Shown here: piece by piece, positions 30,775 to 46,400 of the stretch
Layout of the letters: each line of letters opens with the position of its first letter
Numbering within the stretch: position 1 is the stretch's first letter
DNA from: the human T2T-CHM13v2.0 reference genome, Homo sapiens
Length of the DNA: 64,000 nucleotides
Assembly (NCBI RefSeq): GCF_009914755.1
Contig: NC_060933.1
Strand: one strand, 5' to 3'
Position numbers and translations under genes: made by a program
Notes under the pieces: model-generated
What the model was told of the DNA's origin: nothing
The model's input: the letters and a program-made list of their open reading frames with translations, nothing else
Database searches by the model: none

Positions 30775-30869
30775 AGAATTTCCCAGTTCATCCATTTACT
30801 CATTCATTATAGGGAATTGGGCTACAATTCCATTGACTGAATGAATAAATGGATGAATTGGGAAATTCT
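30775..30869. repeat. Inverted repeat, 32-bp arms (30/32 complementary), 31-nt spacer containing an inner 7-bp stem
   Basis: Arms agaatttcccagttcatccatttactcattca (30775-30806) and tgaatgaataaatggatgaattgggaaattct (30838-30869). Confidence 0.93.
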
Positions 30870-31094
30870 AGGTGACACAGTGAATGTGAAGGTGGATAAA
30901 GGACAGTCCTAGCCTTCCAGGAACCAGCAGGCTACAGGGGGAACAGATGTAAAAAGAAAGAATTTGAGGATAGTATGAAAGGGCCATAGAGTGTGTCTCA
31001 GAGCCAGTAGAGGTGGAAGGCTTCTCTGGTGGTATTTTACTTGTTCTTTCTTAGGTAAATAAAGCAGAGGCCAAGGGAACAGGATGGACAACAA

Positions 31095-31310
31095 CAATAG
31101 TAAACATTTCTATAGTACTAAGTATGTGTGTGGCCCTTTTAGCCTATAAACTCCTTTAATCCTCATAACAACCCTCTGAGCTGGGCACTGCTATTTTCTC
31201 CATTTTACAGATGAGAAAACTGAGGCTCAGTGAGGCGAAGGAGCCTGTCCAAGCTCACTCAGCTGGTAAATGGCAGACTGGTTCCAGAGCTCAGGCTGTT
31301 AGCCACTGTT
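31095..31310 (-). mobile_element. MIR
   Basis: 'tttaatcctcataacaaccct...ccattttacagatgagaaaactgaggctcag'. Confidence 0.85.
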
Positions 31311-32244
31311 CAGCATGGCCTCTTGCAGTCTCTACCCTCTTCCTGAGAGTAAATTTCAGAGCCAAGTTATAGTTCAAGAAAAGCAAAGCAATAATCATTC
31401 TTCTACTTCAGAATTGCTACCAATGAACAATTTATTTTGTGCCTACAACAGATTAAGTATCTGAATAAAAATATAAAAACATGAATTGATTAAAAAATGG
31501 CCTCTCATAATGTGCAAAACAGGGTCTGTCGGGGAAATTTTGAGAGGTTTTTGTGGAGAACAATGGTTCTGAATGTTTTGTAGAAAGAGCAACCGATTTG
31601 CCCCACCCTTTCCCACTTTCCAATGGAAAAGAATCTCTGATAAAGCTTTGATAAGCAACCAACGTAAGCAAATTGTACTGCCCTCTTTTACACATGATTT
31701 TATACTATCATACGATGCCCTATAATGTAAAAACTGTACATTTTAATACCTACCCTGGTGGTAGATGCACACTATTTATACAGAGCACATTCAACAGGCA
31801 GCATGTCACCAGTGATGCATAGCTGTTTACGCATATTGAGGTGTGGGGGTGGATCCTGTCTATAATCACTGTAAGAGTATAGTTAGGAATAATTCTATGT
31901 GAACAAACTCAAGTCTTTAAGCCTAATTATTAAAAAATTACAGGTCAAGTACCATAAATTTGCCTATGTGCTGCAAGAGTAATCAAAGAGATCTCTACAA
32001 ACAATGATTTGTAATGAAAAGGCAAGAATAACATCAATAAAAACCATGGTCACCTGAACCCACACTGATGATGTATTGTCAACACAGAGTCTCTCCTGGA
32101 AGTGCAGGAATTCCAGGTTGATTGAACTTGCTCCTGGGCATGGAGCAGGGTGTCTACAGCACCAGATGACCCCTGGACTTCTCAATAGAATGGTGAATCA
32201 GGACCATTAGTGAAGTCTAACTTACTAATACTAAGTGTTGGTAA

Positions 32245-32535
<291 letters not shown>

Positions 32536-33197
32536 CAGTGTTGGTTATTTTTAAAGACTCATCAGTTCATAATAAAATGCCCTTAATGCCGCATACAAAT
32601 GAGAGTCTATGGAATTGTGCATCCTTCGCTCATAAGAGCTTCAGGGAGTGCTCCAAGCCTCCATTCCCTGGCTCTCAGTCTTTAGAAGAGTTCTTTCCTT
32701 TCACCTCGCTCACCCTGCCTGATGAGATCAAACGAAATTCTGGACAGAGGTGATGCCAGTGAGCCAGGGAGCCAAAGAGCCAGGTCTTTATTCTGTGTTA
32801 GGTGGCTTAATAGTCATTGCTCCTGCTGTTCCTTTGGTTGCTTACTATTTCTGGGAAGAATTGTTCATGTGCCCTGCATCCTCACTGTGGTCCCCTCTGG
32901 TGACCACTGACCTGCCCATGGGCATGGTCACTGGTCCTTAGCCATGATGTACAGGGTCAGTAGCTGCTGCCGTCTGCCATCTAGGGACCATATAAGTGGA
33001 ACCTGAATCAAAATTATCCTCTCACATCTACCTCTCCTTGCTCTTCCTTTTAGGGAATTTCAACATGCTTTTTTCTGGAACTGTTTTCATTTCCCTTCTC
33101 AAAGCAGTAATTGCTGCCTCCGAACCATTGACCTGAAACAAAAGCTTTTTATTCCACTGTACTGTATCGTAGTACACTTGCAAACATGGGATGTATG

Positions 33198-33554
<357 letters not shown>

Positions 33555-33599
33555 TAAAGAAGGGAGTCATTGAAGAAGAGTCTTGACAATCTTTTTAAA

Positions 33600-33855
33600 A
33601 CACTTTAATATGGACCAGATATTAGGTGGTCTTAGGAAGTTTTTTAATTAAATTACAGTTGCATAGAAAAATGTTCTTAATTTTTAGAGACTCATACTGA
33701 CATATTGTTGGGTAAAATATGGTTGTTATTTAGTTTAAAATCATTTGATGAGAAACATATGGGAAAATATGGCAAAATGTTCATAATTGTTAAATCTAGA
33801 TGAGGTTACATGGTCATTCATTATACAGTTCTATTTTTAAATTTTTTTAATAATA
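33600..33855 (+). mobile_element. Ancient L1 (L1MC/ME) 3' end
   Basis: 'tatggcaaaatgttcataattgttaaatctagatgagg...ttcattatac'. Confidence 0.6.
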
Positions 33856-33896
33856 GAAAATGATATAGAGATAAATCTCCTTGGGTGTTGATCTAG

Positions 33897-34181
<285 letters not shown>

Positions 34182-34370
34182 TAGGTGGCTTCCAGCCCAG
34201 GGAACCCATGCTACAGTTTTTCAGTGCAGTAACCACTGCTCTCCTCTAGGTGGCCTTTCTCAATACTGTTACCTTCTCCTGTACTTGAGAATTTTCTTCC
34301 TAAACAAAGCACATTGATGTTGTTTAAACTTTTCCAGATGACCCAGAGTTATGACACAGAGTACTAATAA

Positions 34371-34734
34371 TTTTTTATTTTTATTTTTAACTTTTATTTT
34401 AAGTTTAGGGGTACAAATACAGGTTTGTTACATAGGTAAACTTGTATCGTGGGGATTTGTTGAACAGATTATTTCACCACCCAGGTATTAAGCCTAGTAC
34501 CCGTTAGTTATTTTTCCTGATTCTCTCCCTCCTCCCTCCCTTCACCCTCCAAAAGGCCCCAGTGTGTGTTGTTCCCTTCTACGTGTCCGTGTGTTCCATC
34601 ATTAGTTCTCACTTATAAATGAGAACATGCAGTATTTGGTTTTCTGTTCCTGTGTTAGTTTGCTAAGGATAATGGCCTCCACCTCTATCCATGTCCCTAC
34701 AAAGGACATGATCTCATCCTTTTTTGTGGCTGCA
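34371..34734 (-). mobile_element. Short 5'-truncated L1PA (~PA13) 3' end
   Basis: 'caggtttgttacataggtaaac...cccaggtattaagcctagtaccc'; TSD agagtactaat (34358-34368 / 34736-34746). Confidence 0.9.
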
Positions 34735-35283
34735 AAGAGTACTAATTATTGCACTGGGCTGTAATACAGCACAGTGATGGCTTCATGGGCCCACAAGGTG
34801 TTGTGAGCAGCTTGCCCCTTCACTAGGTGCTCCCTTTGAGTTCTTATATTAGCTTTCATCTTTTTCCTCCTTCGGGTCAGGTTGTTAGCTGTTATTGCTG
34901 CTGTAGTGAGTCTGTTTTCAAATTTGCTGTATTTGGTCAATTCGAAATGTGAAAACTGTAGTCAACAGTCTTGGGATTGAAATGAAGAGTGTGGAAGTGC
35001 TGAGTGAGAGCACCTCTGTAGGTTATGTGCCCGTGCTCTAAAAATTAACTTTGTATTGTCTGCTTTCACTGCTCAGAGAGTGGTTTCTTTATGGTTCTCA
35101 ACCAGGATCTGATCACTTCAATCTGGGAGATAAGCGACCTGTCTGTGGGCAATAACTGGCCAGGCTCACACAAGAGCAATAATGTAGGTTTTTACTTGGG
35201 AGCTATAGCCACTCCAGGTCCCAGGACACCTAGCCAGAGAGATATGAGATAGGGATGGAAGGTGGTAAGCATAGATGCCTTAG

Positions 35284-35672
<389 letters not shown>

Positions 35673-36124
35673 ATGAGCTCTTTTAAAATAAAGGGTAATA
35701 GCTAAGCTGCTACCAGCCATTTATAACCAACAGCAAATTAAGACTCTGAGGGCACCTGTAATAGTGTCACTAAAGGGAAAAGCAAGCCAAGTAAATCCCA
35801 AAGGCATACGTCAGCCTATGTCCCTACTTTGCTTAGGTCCTCACATGTCTTAAAGAGCTTTCAGAGCAGCTTGGCTAAACATTGTGAAGGAAACTGGCCA
35901 AGAAAAAGTTTGGAGGGTTTGTGTGTACATATACATATGTATACTCACACACACCCGTGTACATGCACATGCTTTTTCTTAGAATACAAAGGATAAAGGC
36001 TAAACTGTTACCAACCATTTATATCATATACATATATATATAGAGAGAGAGTAGGTGTTATTATAGACAGAAGGCAGAAAGGATTTGGAAAATAGGATAA
36101 AATTAGTTACATGACCTTTTCTAT

Positions 36125-36437
36125 TTTTCTTTTTGTTTCTTTTTTTTTTAAGAGATGAGATCTCACTCTGCTGTCCAGGCTGGACTGCAGTGGTGCGATC
36201 ATAGCTCACTGCAGCGTCAAACTTCTGGACTTAAGCTATCCTCCGACCTCAGCCTCTCAAATAGCTGGGAATAAAAGTTCATGCCACTGTGCCTAGCATT
36301 ATTATTATTTTTTTTTTTTGGTAGAGAAAGAGTCTCACTATGTTGCTTAGGCTGGTCTTGAACTGCTGGCTTCATGTGATTCTTCCCACTCAGTCTCCCA
36401 AAGTGTTGGGATTACAGGTGTGAACCACCGTGTCCGT
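36125..36437 (-). mobile_element. AluJ
   Basis: 'gatcatagctcactgcagc' and 'gtctcactatgttgc'. Confidence 0.88.
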
Positions 36438-37612
36438 CCTATTCTGTTTTTCTTAAGTGTCACTGGGAAACATGGTCTTCCAATCAAATTGGCAGTTTAA
36501 CCTTGGCTTGAATGCAAATATGTTGTTATTATGGTCCAATAGGTGGTAACTCGCACTTGTAGAATGAGCCATTGCGTGTGGAGGCTAGAGTCTTAAACTG
36601 AGACTCAGTTTCTGGGTAAATTGACCATTGGAAGGAGGTGTTGTGGGTTAGGGGCTGGTTTATTATTCAGGTGGTCATTATTATACTCAAAGAAAAGTTG
36701 TTAAAGTTCTTTTTATCCTTTACGTCCTTTACGTCAATGGAATAAAGAGCACACTCAATGTATGCAGGCAGTCTCACCCATTTAGAGCTAGAATCCCAAG
36801 CCAGAGGAAGGAAATCACAATAGCCTACAGGGGTGGATGGTGAGGCCTGGATTCAGGGGCCATTTCTTGTGTCTTAGTCATGACTTTGGGCCAAATGGGC
36901 ACTGGATGTGTGCTGAGATGAGCTGTGCTCCCTGGAGCTGCTTTCTGTAGGAGCAGGACTGTGGTGAGCATCGTTTCCTCTGCAGGGCCTTCTGAGGGAG
37001 GAGTTTCTTCTACCCTGGAAGTCAGCTTCTGCTTCTCTTCATCTTGCTGGCATCTTCTCTACCACAATGGTTATTAGTATCTTTAATCTTCAATCCCATG
37101 GGAAGAAAGAGCTGTTATCTCTCTTCCCATAAAGGACACTCAGTCACCTAAGACATTTCTCTGTAGTTGAACATAGCTTAGTTCTCACTCACAGAATGAC
37201 ATTTGAATAGTTCTAAAGGCTCATTGCAAACATGAGCACCCTACGGTGTTACAAAGTCCCTGTGGATTGGCTGGCATGGCTCTGCTGATAGGGCTGAGCT
37301 CACCTACGTGACTCTAATCTGCGTGTTGCCTGAGTCCACTCTTGTTTACCCTGCACTAACAGGCTAACCATGATGCTGTCTCTTTCTGGCAATGGGAGAG
37401 GTACAAGAGGGCTGAGCAGAAACAAGGCCTAGGCTCAGACTGCCCACAAGCCATCTGCCAAACCAAGTCAATGAGCAAGCCCAAAACCAAGGGAAGAGAC
37501 AGCCAGCCAACTTTTAGTGGAAGGAACACAGATCAGGGAAGGGTGAAGAATGGGGATGAATAATTCAGTTTTCCAGGAGCATGATTGTTGAATTGAAAAC
37601 TGCAAGCATTCA

Positions 37613-37970
<358 letters not shown>

Positions 37971-38824
37971 AAAGAGGACTAACTAAAACAATGCAAGAAT
38001 GCAGAGAGAAAGGAAGAAGAGAGTAAGAGAGAATATGAGTGACTTCAAGATCAAATTTGCGATCTGATCTTTATATAATAGGAATCTTGAAAACTATAAG
38101 ATCAGATGCAGAACCATTAAATAAAGGCATTTTAAGGGAAATCTTCATTACTCAAGGCAAAACATTAATCTGTAGATCTTTAGATTTGGGCCCCCTAGTC
38201 TAAGTCACCCCCAGCAATCAATTAGATTCTCCTAAAGAGATACATAAACTGGTTGCAAACTATAAAGTATATTAGTACAGTTGTGCCCTGAAGGTATTTT
38301 CGTCCTTGTTGTTGAACTAAGAATAGCTTGAAGACACTGAAGGAGGAATAGAGAATAGTAACCAAAGAACAAGGAACATTTCTACAAAGAAAGACTAAGG
38401 GAAATTGGGCCATTTAGTTTAGATAACAAAAGGATAATGGTATCATAACTCAGAACTTCAAGTGTATGTAGGATCTAGGCCATGTCTTAATTCTTTATGT
38501 GCAGGCCATTTTGAATATGGCAAAGACTTCAAATAAAGCATGCAAATTTCTACTTAGATGTCTATTTCCCTAGATACCTCCTAGAAGAAAGAACATAATC
38601 ACCTTTTAATTCTTATTCTGTGATTCTTTACAGTGCCAGTAACTGTACAAGAAGTTCCAGGTTTACAGACATGTTTTTTTCCAAAATGTTATTTATAAAT
38701 TGGTGGTGGTTTGGAAGGGCGAATGTTGTTCCTCTGCCAGAATTATTATATGTGGTGCTTAGCTTTTGAGGGCAGCCCACGAAGAAGGAAGGAATGGAGG
38801 AAGGAAGGATGGAAAAATGTAACT

Positions 38825-38999
38825 AGAATATTAAACCCTGGGCATTAGAATCACTTGGGAAGGTTTTTAAAAATAAGAATTACCAGGCCTCATTCTAGGA
38901 AATTTGGATTTAGTGATCCAAGTAAGGAGTCCTGTAATCTGTTTTTTAAAAGGGTGTTCCAGATAATTCTGTTGTATGGTCAGGTTCAAGAATGATTGC
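38825..38999. mobile_element. MER5B-like hAT MITE
   Basis: 'cattagaatcacttgggaagg...ttttaaaa...ccagataattctgttgtatggtcaggttcaagaa'. Confidence 0.65.
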
Positions 39000-41917
39000 A
39001 GTAAATGGAAAAAAGGATAGACCATAAATGAAATCCCATTTTAATACCTAGAAACCCCCCAAGGAGAGTGGGAAGTAAATCATGTTTATAAGAAAACTGG
39101 CTTCACACACAAGGATAAAGGACAACCCAACCCTTGATTCAGACTGTTTCTGAGCCTTCCTACTTTGACCCAAGGATATGTGAAACCTGCTTTGGGGATT
39201 CCTGTAGGTGAGAGTAGCTCTGGCTTAGAGCTGAAGTCTCTCCTCCATAGGCCCCACAGTAGAGCTAAGCTTTCATTTGAAGTGGATTAGAAACAGCCTT
39301 GGTTTACCAGGCTAAAGATGATCCAGGTCAGGAAAACTGTGTGCTTTACCAAAGGCCAGAAAATTCTACCATTCTTCCAAGATTTCTTGCTAAAATTCAA
39401 AGTAATGTGGTCTTGAAGGGGTGACACCAAAGCAGCTGCAAAGGAAGAGGAAAACCCGGCTGCCACAGTGGAGAAATAGATTGTCATTCTTTTGCACAGC
39501 TTTTCCCTGGGTAATGTCAGGATTATATTTTTGGCTCCCTGGAAACCAGAATTAAAATAGGCTAAATAAGATTGGAATTGTTGAAAGCAAAATCTGTAGA
39601 CGTTTCCTTTTTTGAATTTTTTGAATGTCCACATCTTCTGTATGCTTTGCTTCTTTTTGGAGTGACGTATTGAGAAAGCCCAAGAGATTGTTTCTGGCTT
39701 GGGCCCATTGCCAGCCATTGTCCGTGCCATTATTGTGTGTGGTGGGTCCCTGGAGGCCACATGTGGACCTCGGGTTGATACTTTCGGAGATTGTAGGTAG
39801 TTCGAGCCACACTAGCCCTGTTTACTTCATGTCTGCCCCAAGCATCAAGTCTTGTTGTTTACCTTGTCACTTTCCCACTTAAGATTCTCTTTCATTTCAC
39901 TGGGTTTTACTAAAGTGTTTGAAATACAGGGTTTTTAACTTCCTTTGATTAGTGAGAAATATGGGGAAAATTTATCTCCCAACCTTATCAGTTGGGGGCA
40001 GACCAACCCCAGTGAAGATGAGAAACTTCATGGAGTATTAAATGAAAATGGGATGAGCTGTCACAAAGCCAGGATGTTAATTCTAGCTCTGCTGATCATT
40101 TGCTGTGTGACCTTGGGCAAGTCTTTTGCTCTCTTCAGTCTCAGTTTCCTCATATCTTCAGTGAGCCATCTCTCGGGATCTTCCAGCTCTGGTATTCTGA
40201 GTTTCTCTAATTTGAGGAGTTGGTTAGAGATCTCTTTTCTCAACAGTGTACCTGTTCCGAGAAATGTTACTGTTATAGAAGGAAGTGGTTTTGGAAACGG
40301 GTCAGAGTGGAGGAAAGAGGTTGAGTTCTCAAAAAACTAAAGGCTAGGTATAAGTAACTGATTCATCACAGAGATGACTAATTCATCAGAACAGCTGTCT
40401 GTTCTAAAATATGTCACATCAAATATTCATTGAATAAAATATTGAAGTCTCAACTGCTAACCTAGAGAGAGCCAAGCAGCTTTTAAAAAATCAGGATAGA
40501 AGTGTACTTTTCATTTCCACATTGGACCTGTGATTCTCTGAGTACCTGTGTGGGTCTCTGGTAAATACCAGAATTCACTTAATTTTCCATATTGTTAGGA
40601 GGCTCAAAGCCAAAGGCGTAGAGACATTAGGCATAAGCATATGTATCTTATTAAGCATCTGTATGTTATGTTGTGGGGTTTGGCAACCAAGAAGATGACA
40701 GTTACTTACAACTGTTCTAGAAAAGGCAACCACTGAAACATTCATTGAAATCACAAAGGACACTTGCTTGAGATTCATTGTGTTCTTCACATTTGCTATT
40801 TTTAACTCCATGATTCACTGTTCTTTTGAGCAGGGAGGGGAACACTCCACAGTGGCATTCCACATCTGTGCACTTCCAGCCGGGGTCCCCACCCCACGTT
40901 CAGCCACATTTGCAGCCCAATTATTGTTTCCATTCTTTTGTTTCCTTCCAAAATAAAACTATATATGCTATGTATACAGTAAACTATATAGTAGTGTCTC
41001 TATATTGTGTAATATTTCCTGTTTTGTCACTCCCTTCTGGGTAGCGGCCTAGCTTTTCTGCCTCCATTTAATTCATTAATTTTCTAATTTAAGCCTTGTA
41101 ATACTCCCATGAGGTAGTGATGATGATGATGATGATGAAGAGAGAAGAGAAGCACAGGAGGTGAAGTAACTTGCTGCCCCCCCCTAAAAAAATTCAATGG
41201 AAGGACATACAAGATGAATGAAAAATAATTTTAAAAAAGTGAAAGAGCAAGTATTTGAACTCAACTCTGCCTAATTCTAAAGCATGTTCTCAAAAATCCC
41301 AACAGAAGTTGTTATTTTAAGCTAAATTTTTTTGAGACCTCTGATATTGAGTGAAATTACACTAACGTGCACCTCGTGATGTAGGAGGAGGGACAGGTAA
41401 TGTGATTCTCCCTCCTCAACCTCCACACATGCTTCTTCAGAAGGCGGTGCATCAGACGCACCATGACTCTGGAGGTGCCGGTCTTCAGCCTATTGTGGGT
41501 GGTCATCATGATGGTGAGACTGCCCCCTTCAGGTTCTTTCATGAAGTGCAGGTTTCATTTTGGGCTTGGCTCCTTTCTGTCTCTTTTGGAAGCCCTTTGT
41601 TCCTGATTGCACTTTCTAGCCTGTGTACAGTCTAAACCTCTGCGGGAAACAGTGTGTGCTTCTGAAAAGGGCTCCAGCATAGCAAACTCACTAGAAAGCC
41701 GGACCTCAGAGCTTGACCAAACTTGGCTGGAGTCCTAGTTCTGTATTTACAAGTTGTTTGATCTTGGACAAGCCATGTAAACTCTCTGGACTTAAGTGTC
41801 CTCGCCTGTACATTGGGGAAAACTATACCCACCTTGCAGTGCTGTTGTAATGTGTAGAGGTCAGGTGTGTTTGTGAAGTGCCAAGAACAGCAGGTTGTCA
41901 GTAAGAATAGTGCTGTT

Positions 41918-42224
<307 letters not shown>

Positions 42225-42269
42225 AAGAATAGTGCTGTTCTTATTGTTGTTTCTTCCATCCCCCTACAG

Positions 42270-42492
42270 CAGAGTTTCTTAACAGCTGTGCTATTGACAT
42301 TTAGGGCTGGATAGTTATTTGTTGTGAGTGGCTGTCTTGAGTATTGCAAGATGTTTAGTAGCATCCCTGGCCTCTACCTAGTGGCTTCCAGGGGCACCAT
42401 TGCCCTTTCCCAGTCATGATAATAAAACATGTCTCCAGACATTGCTGAATGTTGCCTTGGGGGACAAAATCTCTCCAAGTTGAGAACTACTG
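42270..42492 (+). mobile_element. MER20 hAT-Charlie element
   Basis: 'cagagtttcttaac...gatgtttagtagcatccctggcctctacc...gtctccagacattgc...gttgagaactactg'. Confidence 0.88.
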
Positions 42493-44979
42493 CTCAAAAG
42501 CCTGGCATTATGTGTATTGATACTAAGATGAGAATCTCACCACCGAGTAGTTCCAGAATACAGAACCCTAAAAAGATTTATGAAGATAACATTAGTGATT
42601 CTCAGTGCAAAATGACAAAGTGTTTCAGTTACTTGAAAATAAAAGGCTTCTCTTATGCACTGAGCCATGAAAGTCTGTTCAGAGTTAAAAAGAAATAGTT
42701 GCTTTTTTGGTTTTTGCATTCAGTATTGTGCTGCTTTTGCAAAGGCAATAATTTTATGACAGTTCATAAAACCATGGAATCTTAGAGTATGCATAACTGA
42801 CATGTTATGCGGATCAACTCCTATCTGATTCTTGAATTTGCAATGAACGTAATGAGTGGGAGTGAAAAAACAGTCTCTCCCCAAAGCCTGAAAGTGACAG
42901 GAAACTCATTTACTTGCAAAATAAAACCCAAGTATATACTGGAACAACTCTAATTATTACAGAGGATCCTCCTTTGGGATGAAAGTTTTGTTCCCTGCAG
43001 CTCCTACCCTCTCTCTGGTCCCTGCCCTATCCTCCAAGGACCACACAGAAAAAGCCCTCTTCACTGACTGAAAAAATCTAGATGCTTAGGGTTTGTGGTC
43101 AGCTTTGCAAGCTGGCACAGGTAAGGGAGGAAACACTCTGAAATTGCAGTGCAGCATTTCAACATTTCATGTGTGTTACTTAGCAACAATAGCAGGAGGC
43201 CTGCCAGATGTACCAGAGTCATCGTGCCTCGCTCAGGTTTTGTAGGATCCATTATAATCATCTCATTATTGGTCTGGCAAATTGGGTTTATAGTGCCCAG
43301 AACTATGAAAATAGTAGTTGAATTTCTTCCATACACTGAGGCCATGTAAGAGCCATATTTGGGAAATACATGCATTTCCCAGCCCTCAGAACAATTGCTG
43401 CAATGGAAGGAATTCTGCAAAGTCAACTTTTTTGGTAGCCAGTTCCAGGCTTTTTGGCCTATGATTGCCACACCCCAAGTTTTCTCTCTACAAAAAGCTT
43501 TGATAATAGTCTTTTTCCAATTTTAGGTCACCTTGCATAGCCCCTCTGGCTTGTAACGTGGTCATTTCCAACCGTTCTACATTCTTGATGAAATGAAAAC
43601 AGCAAGCTTCCTGTTGACATACTCTTCCACAGTTTTCATGAATTATGCATTTTGAAGGCAGCAGACAAGATGGTGTCTCAGTCCTTTCCAGCGATTCTCC
43701 AGCATGGAGGTCTTATTTGGTACATCCATCACAAGGGCCCGGAGCCAAGATGATCTCTTGAGCACAATCCCCACTTCGTGTTTCCCCTTTTCACTGTGTA
43801 GGCCACAGGGAAGAGTACTGTGGGACCCGAGGCTGCTTGATACTCATCAAGGCCCGCTTCCTCCAGCCTTCCTAGCTTCTCTTTCCCTCAGGTCTAGGCG
43901 TGGAGCCCTCCAGGACAGCGAACGGGTGATAAAATATACAAACTGTCTCTGATTATGGGATTTTGGCTCCTTAGCCAATGCATGCAAGGATGGTAGAAAA
44001 AACACTCATCTTCCTTCTACTATCCTAAAAGCAACTTCCGACATCAAGAATTTTTTTGGATCTCTCATCCAAAGGTATAAACCTTAACAGTGGGAAATTC
44101 AGACCAGGTGAGAGGAAAGGGTTACACACTAAGAGATGACTTAGGTTTGGGTAGTTTCATCAGGAGAGGTCTGCCTGCATCCTGGTTCCTGTCCTTGTTT
44201 TGGGAAACTCTTTTTAGCATACTTGGAGTACATATTCAGTTAAACTTGCAAAGTGAAGAATCAGAGAATGGAGGCCTAAATGTGATTCACCTGAGGCCAC
44301 ACGCAGAGTGAGGAGATACCAGTGTGCTTCCTGCAGAAGCATCTCCCACATCTCTGCCAAGCCTTTTTATCTCCTTTGAAACAGAATCTCTAATGGAATA
44401 AACCACTCCAGGGATCCTAGAGTCTTGTGTTTGTTCCTCCTATGCAGAAAGGCAAAGGAAAAAATTAAATAATATCTGAATACCGCCCAGTGCACAGAGA
44501 GTACCTGTGAAATTACAGGGACATTCAGCCAGCAAAGAATGTCCCCCTGGCCAGGGTGCCTGGAGGAAGGCTTTTAAGCATTACCATGCTGTACAGCATG
44601 GGGCTGCCAGCTTGACCAGATTCTAGCTGGAAGGATCAGGCATCTTTAAAGACCGGTAGCATTCAGGGCCATTGCTGGGCCACATGGCTCCTTTGTGCAA
44701 TTAGAAAATGCAGTTCCACAGGGTAGGCAGCACTTAGAAAGCCACTGGCTGGACTTCACCTCCCTTTGTTCCCTTGGCTAGCATCTTGGGCAACAACATT
44801 CTGTACAAGCATGCACCATGGCCCTGCTGGCTTCTTGGTCTCCACGTGCCTCCTTCTTGTTGGTCATTAAGGTTATGCCATTTTCCCCCATTATTAAGTA
44901 ATGTCAGGTAAGGTCTGAGGAGATGGAGATGAAGACTTTTACAGGTCGCAGGGGAACACTGACATGTCACTCATCATTT

Positions 44980-45286
44980 TGTGTGTGTGTGTGTGTGTGA
45001 GACAGAGTCTCACTCACTCTGTAGCCAGGCTGGAGTGCATTGGCAGAATCTCAGCTCACTGCAACCTCCCATCTCCTGGATTCAAGCGATTCTCTCCTGT
45101 CTCAGCCTCCTGAATAATTGGGATTACAGGCACCCGCCACCATGCCAGGCTGATGTTTGTATTTTTCGTAATGATGGGGTTCCACCATGTTAGCCAGGCT
45201 GGCTTTGAACTCCTGACCTCAAGCGATCTGCTCACCTTGGCCTCCCAAAGTGCTGGGATTACAGGTGTGAATCCCCGTGCCTGGCC
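44980..45286 (-). mobile_element. AluS whose tail has become (TG)10
   Basis: TSD tcactcatcatttt / tcacccatcaattt. Confidence 0.9.
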
Positions 45287-45568
45287 ATCACCCATCAATT
45301 TTTAAATGGTGGAGTAGCTCCCATGATGGATGTTATGAAAGGGTCTATGGGTGCATATGAAAGGGAGTGGTCATTACTACTCAGTCCAGGTAAAACTCCC
45401 TGGATGGAGGGTGAAGACAATGTGGTTTGAGTTGTTAGGTAAATGTTTCCTTATCATTTTTCATTATATGTTACATTTACATTCTGTTCATCCCTAAGAT
45501 ATAACTCCTTAAGATTACATCTCTCAGATGTAAACTCCACCAGAGTAAGGACTGTCTTGGTTACCTAC

Positions 45569-46004
45569 TGTGTTCATTTCCTGAGACTGATGTAACAAAT
45601 TTCTACACGTTCGTGGCTTAAAACAGCTCCAGAGGCCAGAAGTCCAAAATCAAGATACTGGCAGGGCTGTGCTTTCCCCAGAGCATCTAGAGGCAAATCC
45701 TTCCTTGCCTCTCTCAGCTTAGTGGGTCCAGACATTCCTTGGCTTGTGGCTGTGTCGCTCTAATCTCTGCCTTTGTCTTCACATGGGCTTCTCCTCTTGT
45801 CTCTGTGTCTTCTCCTTTGTCTCTCATAAAGACCCCTATCATTGGATTTAGGGCCCTCCTAAATAATTCAGGATAATCTCTTCTCAAGATCCTTAAATTA
45901 ATTACATCTACACAGACCCTTTTATCCACATAAGGTCATATTCATAGGTTCTGGGGGTTAGGGTGTGGACATATCTTTCTAGGGCCATCATTCAGTGTAC
46001 TATA
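45569..46004 (-). mobile_element. MLT1C-like solo LTR nested in an L2 3' end
   Basis: 'ggcttaaaac...gaggccagaagtccaaaatcaag...cattggatttagggccc...aaggtcatattcataggttctgggggttagg'. Confidence 0.85.
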
Positions 46005-46139
46005 TCTGAGTGCCTAGATTACTGTTTTACACCTAGGAGGTTGCTCAATAAATAGTTTTCAATTTAATTTATATGTTTCAGCCTTAGTTTATCCATAAGC
46101 TTGCCATGAGGTTCAGAAACCATCATTTATATCCAGAGA

Positions 46140-46400
46140 TGGTATAGGGCAGTGGTTAGGGGCATGAACATCCGCGTAATACTTGCTGGGTTCAAGTTCA
46201 GAATCTCTGCTTGCTGCCTGTATAATTTGAGGCAAGTTCTTTAGCTTCTCTCTACTTCAGTTTCTTCTTCTATAAAAAGAAATAATAATAATAATAAAGA
46301 TCAACTTTATTGGGGAGGGGTGACTATTAAGTCAAGATATGCAAAGAGTACCCAGAACTGTCTTGGACTTTGTGCCCAATAGGTTTTGGCTTTTATTATA
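46140..46400 (+). mobile_element. MIR
   Basis: 'gtatagggcagtggttag...ctgggttcaag...ggcaagttctttagcttctctctacttcagtttc'. Confidence 0.7.

Noticed and set aside
39287-39760. 157-aa minus-strand ORF
   Set aside because: No recognisable domain or exon structure, and the length is compatible with chance in six frames of 64 kb.
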